Of a stretch of DNA of 64,000 bases, positions 20,742-31,570 are shown piece by piece (position 1 is the first letter of the stretch; each line of letters opens with the position of its first letter). The DNA comes from Macrostomum lignano (taxonomy: Eukaryota). The stretch is taken from positions 124,001-188,000 of the forward strand of contig NIVC01000028.1 of NCBI GenBank assembly GCA_002269645.1. The letters run 5' to 3'. Position numbers and translations under genes: made by a program. The notes under the pieces were generated by a model, which had not been told where the DNA came from, made no database searches, and saw only the letters and a list, made by a program, of their open reading frames with translations.

Positions 20742-23700
20742 GCTGACGCAGAAGAGGCAGCAGCAAGCCTTCAGCCAACCCGCAGTCAGTCGGTTGTGCT
20801 CGTCTGCGACCCAAGCGACATCAGGCAGAGAATTCAGGCTGTTCTTGATTCCGAATCCTGCTATGTCGTTGGGACTCAATCACTTGAGGATGTCGAGAAC
20901 TCTGATAGACTCATTCTGGTTGTGTCGAAAGGACGGTCTTACCAATTTATCGACCATTTTGAGCGTCTTCTCGAGGTAATTGGTTTTGATTATCGTGTGT
21001 TTTTTGGAGTACTCAACATTATTCAGGCCCACACTAGTATCCCGTGTTATTATTGCGCATTCCAGCGAGCCAAAGACTGCAACAAGTGCGTCCTCATTGT
21101 CGAAGCGGAAAATCTTGCGGCAGAAAAGCTGCTAGAAAAAGTCGGACAACGCGAAGATGTCAGAAGAATATCAGCTGAGAACATGGAAGCCGAGTTGCAA
21201 ATATGGCTAAAAAAAGGTAGATAGGATTTACATGTAATTGAGTCTCAGATACTGTATGAACCGTATTGTAAGCAGCAATATTTCAGTAATTTTTATTTTC
21301 ATTTCAGACATTATCTTTGCGCTACCTGTTGGCAATACAGCAGCCAAACAGATGGATGATTTCGATTCGCTTATCAACTTCCTTCTGCACTGGGGATTTC
21401 GCTTGCGCCAACGAGATCTAATTCGCTTTGAATGGAATGACATTTCCGACAAAATGGCTGAGTGTGACAAAGTGATCGTTGTGTACTTCAAGCCACCAGG
21501 AGAAATCTCGAGCCACGCTCGCGGTCATCTGTACCAGATGGCTTTTGACAGGATGATTGCTCTGAGAAAGCCAGTCATGTACATCGTCAAGATGTACGCT
21601 GCCTCTGATGGATCTGACGGAGACACCGTGCTTAAAAACCACCGCATTCAGAGCTTTGTCCGTGCAGTTGGGCCCTGCAGTTTGGGCAAAATTCAAGAAG
21701 ATGTCAAAGCGTGGCTGACTAAAGAGACAGCTCTAGAAGTAAGCAAAAGTATGGTATTTGGGAGCCTTGGAAATGGTCTTGCTTGGCAGTATGCCACAGG
21801 TTTCTTGGCATATATTTTGCCTAATATCGGCAAGGTTTTGAGAGACCAAGTAACTGAGAGAAATCCTAATGACACTAGCCTCTTAAAAGCAGAATTGCTC
21901 GATCAATGTGGTCTTGGCAGCATTGATCAAAACAAAATATTCGTTTTGAAGAAGTACTTTGTGCTACTGAAGGAGGACGACATCGACAGTGACAGTCATG
22001 TGAAGCCAAATCCGGAGAGTCTTTCTGCTTCATGTTGCAAGATTCAACGCACACTGAGTGAACAGCCTATAACATTAGAGTTTGAAAGTCCAGGTTATTC
22101 CAAAACAATTCCTCTCTACCTTGTCAAATTTGGTGAAGAATTGAATATCCCTCAGTTTGAGCGCTACAGCCACGCAATAATCTTGGGAGGCTTCGCCCCT
22201 CCAGTCACAGTCATTCGCGAGCTTCGAGGAATAAAAGATTTAGATGTTTCAGAAGAAATGCTGCATAATGCCTACAAGCTCTTCAAGGAAGAGTTGCAGT
22301 TCATTTTGAACCACCCCAAAGCAAACGAGCTGCTTGCAAAATTCGGTTCTGTAGACGTCCTGCCTGACAAGTCTGCGAACAAGTCTGACAAAGCAGCTTG
22401 TATTGTTGAGCGTAAGAAGGGGGAGTCTGAGGATAACTGGGATAAACTCTTTCTTTCCCGCATCAAGGAGGAAATTTTTAATGATCGCCGCAATGAACCT
22501 ATCCGATCGATTGATAATCATCATCAAGTGGACAGTGACGTTTTAGTTGTCAAGTTTTCAAGGTCAGTCGAAGAGCTTCACGATGCTGTCGTCGAAAGGC
22601 TCGAGCAAGAAGAAGGCTTTCGTGTAGAAAATTTCCAGCTGTTAAACCACACGTTTGCCGAAGTTCTCGTCAAATGCCGGCGAATGATTTTGTTTGCATC
22701 TCTCCAAGACTTGGAGTGTTTCAACAAGGATTACAGCAGCTTTGACTACAGTGATAAAAAGCACAACCACTTGCTTCGAGACATGACATCAGCTGTGACT
22801 TACGTAAGTTTTCGTTTCTATAAGTGATAACGTTTCATCGTTTTATCATATAAAACTAATTGGTCAATTTCAGATTCACATGCGTCAGGAGTACAATCTG
22901 GTGGTCGTTGTCATCACCCAAAATGTCAATAAAGACATCTACAGCGTCCTACCGTCTTCATTGCAAATTCTTCCTGAGAATAATGTTGTGTCCATCCTAA
23001 ATCTAACAAACGACAGATTAGACAATATTCAGTTTGCTTTCTCCAAGGGCGAATCAAGGCATTGTTCATTCCACGAATTAATTGAACGTCTAAGTAAGGT
23101 TTTTTTGAGTACTTTTAAGTTTCTCTATTAATTAGTGAAACTTGGTCATAATGTTTTATAAGTATTTTACTGTCTACAATTGACAATTTTAGATCTTAGA
23201 GATCCTACTATCGGGGTCGATGAAAACCTTCCTCTGATGTCCATGGCTTATTCAATGGCTGCAAACTCCTGCTTTGGATTTGTTCATCATTTGGTTCAAC
23301 GTAAGTCTTAGTTTGTCGGCGGCAGTTGCAGCTACGGTACTGTGGCTCACCACCATATCAGTTACACTCCAATTCGGTGCGTGAAAATGATTTTTTAACA
23401 AAATTGCCTGAATCTTTACCCAGGTGAACAAGCCGGCAGACTGCCGTTCAAGCTGCCTTACAAGTACGTTGTACCACGCAGTGCGCGGTATCCTGAGTAT
23501 TCCGAACTGCAAGAGCAGCTCAGTAAGCTGGGAATCACTTTGAAGAAAGACAAGTTTCAAAGCGAGGGCAGAGAATATCAGTTCTGCTTGTACACTAGGA
23601 AGTTAAACTCGCGAGAGCTAAGCGTGGCCTTTGAGGTGCCGCTGTGCGTGCTGAACCTTCGCAAGCAAGCCAAGAGCGGCTTCGGAGGCGTGCGTCGGAC

Positions 23701-23923
23701 GAGACTGAAGCAGAATCTTGACGAGTACATCATGGCATTCAAGACCATGCTTGAGTGCATGGACTGGCAGAAATTCGTTCAAGTGCTGGTCTGGCCTGAC
23801 GACAAATTTCCTGTCGACACTTGGCGCCATCCGACGCGCGAGTACGCAGAGAGCCTGCTGGACCTCGTATTCGCTGATGTCGAAGCTGAACATGCCGATG
23901 TGGCAAATCTTCGCTTGGAGTAA
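20742..23923 (+). CDS. TIR-like x3 / STING cyclic-dinucleotide-binding domain x2 protein (TM-less tandem TIR-STING), ~932 aa
   Basis: Exons 20742-21216, 21308-22803, 22874-23093, 23193-23300 and 23424-23923 splice in frame (2799 nt, no internal stop). STING signatures: GNGLAWQYATGFLAYILP (cf. human HGLAWSYYIGYLRLILP) and, in copy 2, MAYSMAANSCFGF, GREYQFCLY, VAFEVPL, GFGGVRRTRLKQ. TIR-like motifs: DVENSDRLILVVS, WGFRLRQRD...ECDKVIVVY, RLEQEEGFRV...KCRRMILFAS. Confidence 0.8.
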
Positions 23924-24501
23924 AATGCTAGCCGACTTCAAGTACGACTGTTGTTAAAGGAGCGGGTTTCCTTATGTACCAAAAAGATTTTCACCATTTC
24001 CTTGAGACCCATCTGACGAACAGTCCTGCACGCGTCGATGCATCATCGGATTCATTATTATTTACAATAGTTTTAGATGCTAATTATGTCAAAGCTACTT
24101 TTAACTCTGGATTAAACAGTAGCTGTGATTTTGTGCTGTGCCTTTTTCTAATTCCTCACCTAACTTGTAATTATCGACCATGTCTGTTGCAGTCTTGTAT
24201 TCAGTTTGCCAAAAGTCGAATTTTTTTTTAGTTTGTTTCATTAAAAATTCATTAACCATCCAAATGAGTGCAAATTTCCTTATGTATACTTGCCACTAAA
24301 TTTCCACATACGATATGCGTGATGATCATTTTTGTCAGTAATTAGTAGGAAAAATGTTAAAGTGGTTTTCTTTAGTCAGTTTAATTAATTGTTAGATTTT
24401 TTAAATTATCTGCTAGCAGTATTTGCCTTCAGTTTGTTAACGTAAGTTTCTGCTTTTCCTTCTTAATTTTTAGTCTAACCTATCAGTGTTTCGTTCTAAG
24501 T

Positions 24502-24873
24502 CAGGGGTCGGCAAACTCCGACCCGCGAAGCCTCTCTATCCGGCCCTCGGGTCCTCTGAAACTTTACAAATAGCAATCCGGCCCGCTCAAGGTTTGTCTT
24601 TCTTCTCAGCTCTCTTCTCTCTTCCTCTCCTCTTGTCTCCTCTCTCCCCTCCCCTCTCTCCTCTTCCATCTCTTCTCTGCCCTCTTCTCTCCGTCTTTCT
24701 CCCCTCTCCTCTCTCCCTCCTCTCTTCCCTTCCCTCTCTCCCCGCATCTCTCGCCCCTCCTCTCCCCTCTTATCTCTCATTTCTATCCCCTCTCCTTTCC
24801 TCTCTCACCTGGTCCGCAGCCATGAGCTTGATTCTTTATCTGGCCTTGAGGTAGAAAAAATTGCAGACCCCTG
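24502..24873. mobile_element. hAT (Charlie-like) MITE with a CT-rich interior
   Basis: Ends CAGGGGTCGGCAA...TTGCAGACCCCTG with near-identical 8-bp flanks TTCTAAGT / TTCTAACT. Confidence 0.8.
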
Positions 24874-26038
24874 TTCTAACTGTGTTATTCCAATAATCGT
24901 TTAAAAGGTTTACAAAATTTATTTATCTAGAACAATGTCCAGTCAGCAGGCATGATTTGAACCTAACATCTAGCAGACATCGTTAACTTTAACACTTCAT
25001 TTTTTGTTTTGATATTGTCATGCATAACCAATGTCTTGCTGCCTAATCCTCTGTGAGGTTATAGACATGCTGTAATTCATTAATAATTCTCTGCGCCATT
25101 AAGAAGTCGTAGGCATGTGATGTTTAAAATCAAGTTCTGCGTGCCATGCCAGAAATAATTATTACGACGTGATTATAAATTTGATTCAGTCCTATTAATA
25201 AAATTCAGTAATCTACTCATTTTTTATTCATTAAAATTAGTCTACTATTTGGACAGTCTTGAAACATTTTTCTTACTTTAGCTTAGTAACCAAGCGGTTC
25301 TTATCTAGCTGCCTAGTGCAGCTACAGTTTGTCTCTTTCTGCTTCGAAGAGTAGAAAAAGCAGGCTGCCGGCTCAAAATGCTCGAGTAGCTTGTTGCTGT
25401 GCTGCACCGCACCGAGCACTCATCGGTTTTGTGCAATGCATACGTCTGCCGATAGTGACTAAAATGCCCCGGTCCTAGTATGTGTTTGCTTACTTGCACA
25501 ATTCATTAATTTATGAAAGTTGATAAAAACTGACACAAGCCTTGCAACGACGCTATTTTCTTCGCTTACATCCAGTTTTAGTTTGTCTGGTTGCTTACTG
25601 CATTGCCAGGGGTCTATTAGTGTCTACGAGCCATTCTAGGCACCTTTGGCCGGCGCTTTGAAAATGCAAATGCAAATTGCTATGCAAAAGCGTTGAAATG
25701 TGTTATTTTAACCATTCGAACTATATTGCCATAAAGGGTCCTACTTGCTTAATACTTTTTTCTCTGGGAAATTTGATCGCATCAAGAATGTTCGAGTAGT
25801 TGGAACTGACTTTAAACTTGTTCCAAGACCATGAAGTGATGACAAATCGTTTATAAGGGGCATCTAATTTCTTTTTGTATTAGATATTTTCGTCACAGGC
25901 TTCGCCAAAAATTTGTTTTGCATTGCTGGTTAGACAATTCTTCCAAAATCACTTCAATTTTTTATTTTGAGACATAAACACAACAGAACTGAATTTATCC
26001 CACTAGTGTTTTGCTAGCGGGGAATCTCAGTAAGTATT

Positions 26039-26478
26039 CTCCGCTGCCATAGACAGCACTCTCCATAGTCTCCGCTGCCATAGACAGCACTCTCCATAGT
26101 CTCCGCTGCCATAGACAGCACTCTCCATAGTCTCCGCTGCCATAGACAGCACTCTCCATAGTCTCCGCTGCCATAGACAGCACTCTCCATAGTCTCCGCT
26201 GCCATAGACAGCACTCTCCATAGTCTCCGCTGCCATAGACAGCACTCTCCATAGTCTCCACTGCCATAGACAGCACTCTCCATAGTCTTCGCTGCCATAG
26301 ACAGCACTCTCCATAGTCTTCGCTGCCATAGACAACACTCTCCATAGTCTCCACTGCCATAGACAGCATCTCCATAGTCTCCACTGCCATAGACAACACT
26401 CTCCATAGTCTCCGCTGCCATAGACAGCATCTCCATAGTCTCCGCTGCCATAGACAACACTCTTCATAGTCTTCGCTC
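26039..26478. repeat. 31-bp minisatellite (CCGCTGCCATAGACAGCACTCTCCATAGTCT) x ~14
   Basis: Tandem copies; the overlapping ORFs are repeat artefacts. Confidence 0.95.
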
Positions 26479-27409
26479 CTGGCTTGCGTAAGACATATTA
26501 TAAAAATAAATGCTTTTAGATAGAAAATTCTATAATATTCTATTTAATTAAATACTTGTAGTGCGTCGAAGAAATCATTTGATGATTCATTTTAAGAGTT
26601 CACAAAACAATGCATCTTTGGTTATTTCTAGAAATCTAGAGTGATTAAAATTTCTTGTTTATTAGTGGCATGCTTATTTGATTCCATTAAGCGGAACTTA
26701 AGTTTTATTTTATCGAATTGCAAATAATTCTCAACTTATGTACAAGTAATAGCTAAAAATAATTCCATTTGTGACTTCGCCACTCGACTGGGGTAGTCCA
26801 GGGCGCATCCGTGGAACCGTCGTGGAGATTCAGCGTATTTCTCTGCGCTTTTTGCCACAAATTTTGCTGCGATAGAGAGCAATTTACATAATTATGCAGG
26901 TTTGAATTGCTCCTTTCGAGTTGCCTATTCGGCAACTTACTTTGCAATACCAGCTTTCCAAAAAAGCAGTGTCTGATAGTTCCTGCCGCTTTAGCATCTT
27001 CATCACAAAGCATGTCGAGTCAGGTATGTATATCTAGGCTTCATTTTAAGTAAAATTTGTTTGACGCAACAAATCTAATGTGTTAGCGTCTAAAAATTTG
27101 CTGATTCTGGCACAAAACAGATCACCTATTCTCATTTCGGACATCTACGGATAAATTTCAGATCGAGCGTCTCTTGTTCGTGGCTAGATGATTTACATGT
27201 ACAAGTTGAAAAAGTTATTGAAGCCCGGGTTTCAGTTTCTAGTCAGATAAAATTGTGACTCAGTATCAGACAAACGACTATGGGGTGCTTAAATTACAGT
27301 TTGAAGGTGCAGATGGTGATTAAAAACTACAAGCTATTTAGCTTTTGTAATGTTTATAATCCCTTAGTGCTGCACAAGAAGTCAGATCCAGTCTATAGAC
27401 AATGCTGGA

Positions 27410-27612
27410 CTAGACTATAACTAGATAGACAAGACTAGATTAGACAATAGACTAGACTAGATTAGACAAGACTAGATTAGACAAGACTAGATTAGACAAT
27501 AGACTAGACTAGATTAGACTAGAATAGACTAGACTAGGCTAGACTAGAATAGAATAGGCTGGGCTAGAAGACTAGACATAAATTATACTAGATTAAAAAC
27601 TAGACTAGACTA
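27410..27612. repeat. Degenerate (CTAGA)n / TAGAC microsatellite
   Basis: Repeated ctagactagattagacaaga. Confidence 0.85.
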
Positions 27613-27623
27613 CATGTATATTT

Positions 27624-27852
27624 GCTGCGGGAAAATCTCGGCGGGAAAAACTCACGGGAAAACCTCGCTGCGGGAAAATCTCGGCGGGAAAAACTCACGG
27701 GAAAACCTCGCTGCGGGAAAATCTCGGCGGGAAAAACTCACGGGAAAACCTCGCTGCGGGAAAATCTCGGCGGGAAAAACTCACGGGAAAACCTCGCTGC
27801 GGGAAAAACTCACGGGAAAACCTCGCTGCGGGAAAATCTCGGCGGGAAAACT
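27624..27852. repeat. 43-bp minisatellite built from CGGGAAAA subunits
   Basis: GCTGCGGGAAAATCTCGGCGGGAAAAACTCACGGGAAAACCTC x ~5. Confidence 0.9.
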
Positions 27853-28484
27853 TCCTGCGAGAAATTCTCATAGACCCGATAAATGATCGTGTTTTGTAAT
27901 CTTGGCTCTCTCACCTCCTCCATCTACAGACGAAGTACAATAGCATCATCCGTTTAAAACCTTCATGCCGTCCAATGGCTCAGGATTTCTCAAGCGGTTG
28001 ACGCTGAAGCATGGAGCCATCTGCAAGTCTGCAGGTCCGTGTTGCTGACTTGCGAACCAGTCTGCTCTAGATCGAAATTTCGATGGTCTAATAATCTGCA
28101 ACAAATTGATGGGGCATTGCGACAAACTTCCACAAGTATTGCTGCATGTCTTAATGCATGATAACTTTAGGATGGGCTGATTTTCTATAACGGTAAAGAA
28201 ACTCTCAGAGTAGGGGTGGTAAGTTTTAATATTTTGGGTGTCCTTTTGCTTCCTTGAGGGGATGAGCAAGTGGCGAGTTCCAAATCTATACAGAACCACC
28301 AGAAATATAATTTAAGTTCGATCTATACGTACCGGACTTTCAGGTAGCAAGCAAGCAGTGCAGCGCCATCAATTTTGGCCTCTCATTGACGTTTCTCGGC
28401 AGCGTATCCGTTTCAAATTATCAGGACAATGTGCTGGTGTCAAAACAACATCACGGTCGATCATTCATTTGTACCAGTCCAAGT

Positions 28485-28825
28485 GAGCTTGGAGTCAGTT
28501 TGAAGAAAACTCGAACAGATATTACAGTTTCTGTTGTTACACACCAAAGGCAAATTTGCGCGGAGAGCTAAGCGTGGCTTTTGATGTGCCGGTGTGCGTG
28601 CTGAACCTTCGCGGGCAAGCCAATAGCTGCGTTGGAAACGTGTGTCGGACGAGGCTGAAGCAGAACCTTGACGAGTACATCATGGAATTCAAGACTATGC
28701 TGGAGTGCATGGACTGGCAGAACTTCGTTCAAGTGCTGGACTGGTCTGACGACAAGTTTCCTGTCGACACTTGGCGCCATCCCACGCGCGAGAGGGCCTT
28801 CATGACCTCGTCTTTGCTGAGATTC
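28485..28825 (+). pseudogene. Decayed copy of the last (STING CBD2) exon of the TIR-STING gene
   Basis: ELSVAFDVPVCVLNLRGQ...RTRLKQNLDEYIMEFKTMLECMDWQNFVQVLDWSDDKFPVDTWRHPTRE aligns with 23610-23835. There is a frameshift upstream and a 7-nt deletion near 28792, after which EGLHDLVFAEI matches ESLLDLVFADV. Confidence 0.85.
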
Positions 28826-29049
28826 TACACCCAGAATTCCATAGTGTTCCGGGTGAAAAATTCCGGAAAATCCAACCGGAACAGCTTTCCTTTTCCCGAA
28901 ATTGTACCGGATCATATTCCCGGATCTTTTTCCGGAAAAAGGGGCTGTTCCGGGCAAGAAAGCTAATCCGGGCGTTCACCCGGAAATCAATTAAAAAGCG
29001 GGCCCGGATCACAAAATTCTGGATAAAATTCCGGGTGAAAAGTTCGACG

Positions 29050-29725
29050 GGCAGGTGGCAGGCAGCTGCAGCAGGTCAGGTGGCAGGCAGCTGCAGCAGG
29101 TCAGGTGGCAGGCAGATGCAGCAGGTCAGGTGGCAGGCAGATGCAGCAGGTCAGGTGGCAGGCAGATGCAGCAGGTCAGGTGGCAGGCAGATGCAGCAGG
29201 TCAGGTGGCAGGCAGATGCAGCAGGTCAGGTGGCAGGCAGCTGCAGCAGGTCAGGTGGCAGGCAGCTGCAGCAGGTCAGGTGGCAGGCAGATGCAGCAGG
29301 TCAGGTGGCAGGCAGATGCAGCAGGTCAGGTGGCAGGCAGATGCAGCAGGTCAGGTGGCAGGCAGATGCAGCAGGTCAGGTGGCAGGCAGATGCAGCAGG
29401 TCAGGTGGCAGGCAGATGCAGCAGGTCAGGTGGCAGGCAGATGCAGCAGGTCAGGTGGCAGGCAGATGCAGCAGGTCAGGTGGCAGGCAGATGCAGCAGG
29501 TCAGGTGGCAGGCAGATGCAGCAGGTCAGGTGGCAGGCAGATGCAGCAGGTCAGGTGGCAGGCAGATGCAGCAGGTCAGGTGGCAGGCAGATGCAGCAGG
29601 TCAGGTGGCAGGCAGCTGCAGCAGGTCAGGTGGCAGGCAGATGCAGCAGGTCAGGTGGCAGGCAGCTGCAGCAGGTCAGGTGGCAGGCAGATGCAGCAGG
29701 TCAGGTGGCAGGCAGATGCAGCAGG
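29050..29725. repeat. 25-bp minisatellite (GCAGGTCAGGTGGCAGGCAGATGCA) x ~27
   Basis: Tandem copies, preceded by a CCGG/TTCCGG-rich low-complexity tract at 28840-29045. Confidence 0.95.
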
Positions 29726-30011
29726 AATTCGGGCCGCATCCAGGCGCCGCAGTCCCAGAGAAGTCCCAGAGAGGAACAGTGAGCTGAGCGACCACCCCAA
29801 GCCTAGCCGATACAATGAGGTGCAGAAAGGGCAGTCAGTAAGGAGGCACGAGCTGCTCAGAGCCCCTGCTATTAAATAATTAAGAGACATTAACTAGCAA
29901 TCTGCTCGACAGTTGTGAAGGCAACTAAGAAATGAAAAAATGGAATAAACTACTCGCATGTTTTGACCTTTTAAAACATTTTACAGCTGGGTGGACTGAA
30001 TTGCAATGCAG

Positions 30012-30125
30012 TTACATGTAAGTGTCTTGCTCAAGGACACAATTTGTTCCGAATCGGTCGAGGATCGAACCCCAGGACCTTTCAGTTGTGAGTTTGACGC
30101 TATAATCACTAGCCGACATCCGCAG
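30012..30125 (-). mobile_element. tRNA-derived SINE 5' fragment (Val-like head)
   Basis: Minus strand reads tagtgattatagcgtcaaactcacaactgaaaggtcctggggttcgatcc (A/B-box-like). The plus strand shows gtgtcttgctcaaggacac, a motif common in tRNA-SINE bodies. Confidence 0.5.
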
Positions 30126-30231
30126 AGTCTTACTGCGAATATTCAGTCTGACTTAATTCAAGACAATGATATTTGAGGCACAAAAGCATCACGCCTGAAA
30201 GCAAGCTGTAGCCTAAGATATCAGGTTCCCC

Positions 30232-30705
30232 GTGAGCTCCAAGCATCTGGGCAACCCCATGAGCTCCAAGCATCTGGGCAACCCCCGTGAGCTGCAAGCA
30301 TCTGGGCAACCCCCCATGAGCTCCAAGCATCTGAGCAACCCCATGAGCTGCAAGCATCTGGGCAACCCCCCATGAGCTCCAAGCATCTGAGCAACCCCAT
30401 GAGCTCCAAGCATCTGGGCAACCCCCGTGAGCTCCAAGCATCTGGGCAACCCCATGAGCTCCAAGCATCTGGGAAACCCCATGAGCTCCAAGAATCTGGG
30501 AAACCCTATGAGCTCCAAGCATCTGGGCAACCCCCATGAGCTCCAAGCATCTGAGCAACCCCCATGAGCTCCAAGCATCTGAGCAACCCCCATCTGCTCC
30601 AAGCATCTGGGCAACCCCATGAGCTCCAAGCATCTGAGCAACCCCATGAGCTCCAAGCATCTGGGCAACCCCATGAGCTCCAAGCATCTGGGCAACCCCA
30701 TGAGC
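30232..30705. repeat. 28-29-bp minisatellite (CATGAGCTCCAAGCATCTGGGCAACCCC)
   Basis: About 16 tandem copies. Confidence 0.95.
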
Positions 30706-31398
30706 TACGAGTCAGCGTTTCAGCGATTCCCCCACAAATAATTTATGGTTTGCAAGACGATTCTTCGATGTAGACCATATTTCCCCTCTGCCCTTCCAGT
30801 CCCCCGGCTCATCTGCTCTTTCTTCCATCAAAGAATAAGCCAGACTTTAAAAGCAACAGATTATTTGAGATAAGAGCGGCATTTCTGTGCCCAACTAAGA
30901 ACAGCAAGCGGCTCTTTAATGTGTATTTAACCGTTTACATGCGGATACTCTTGGACACCGCAGCTTCAGTCACTGATTACTGGGTGACTCAACGAGTGCA
31001 TGTAGAAATCTCCAAGACAAAATTGTCATGTCCGCCACTACTACTGACAGCTAGCAGTAGTGCAGAAGTTTAGTGAGAATTCATTAATAAACTGGATAGG
31101 CATAAAACAACACTGAAATAAAAGTGATCTCAAAAAAACTTCATTGGTCGAACAGTGTAAAAACACACAGAAGTTGATATAAAATTTCATTTGACTTGGG
31201 AATGTGGAATTTCACAAGCGATGCAGATGGGTAAAGCACAAGGACAACACGAAGCCAAGAATTTGGATTTTGCGAGTGAAAAATGGGAATGCAGGAAATC
31301 TGTGGAGCTCACAGCCTCAATAAAAACTGCTCAAAAAAATTTCTGTAGGGGAATTGCAGCAGGGCTCACAGCTGTGCCGATTGAGATTTTAATAATTG

Positions 31399-31444
<46 letters not shown>

Positions 31445-31455
31445 GAGACAGACAC

Positions 31456-31494
<39 letters not shown>

Positions 31495-31497
31495 GCC

Positions 31498-31556
<59 letters not shown>

Positions 31557-31563
31557 AAGACAG
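31399..31563. repeat. (CAGA)n microsatellite
   Basis: Starts just 3' of the SVOP-like stop codon. Confidence 0.95.
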
Positions 31564-31570
31564 GCAGAGG

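Noticed and set aside
28771-30773. Long repetitive ORFs over the 25-bp and 29-bp arrays (similar ORFs occur at 26.0, 34.8, 36.5-37.8, 48.1, 49.2, 52.0 and 59.2-60.2 kb)
   Set aside because: All coincide exactly with minisatellites and are open in several frames, with no unique coding flanks.
30781-30805. Single copy of the 22-bp unit of the 3532-3830 array
   Set aside because: Too short and low in complexity to infer a relationship.
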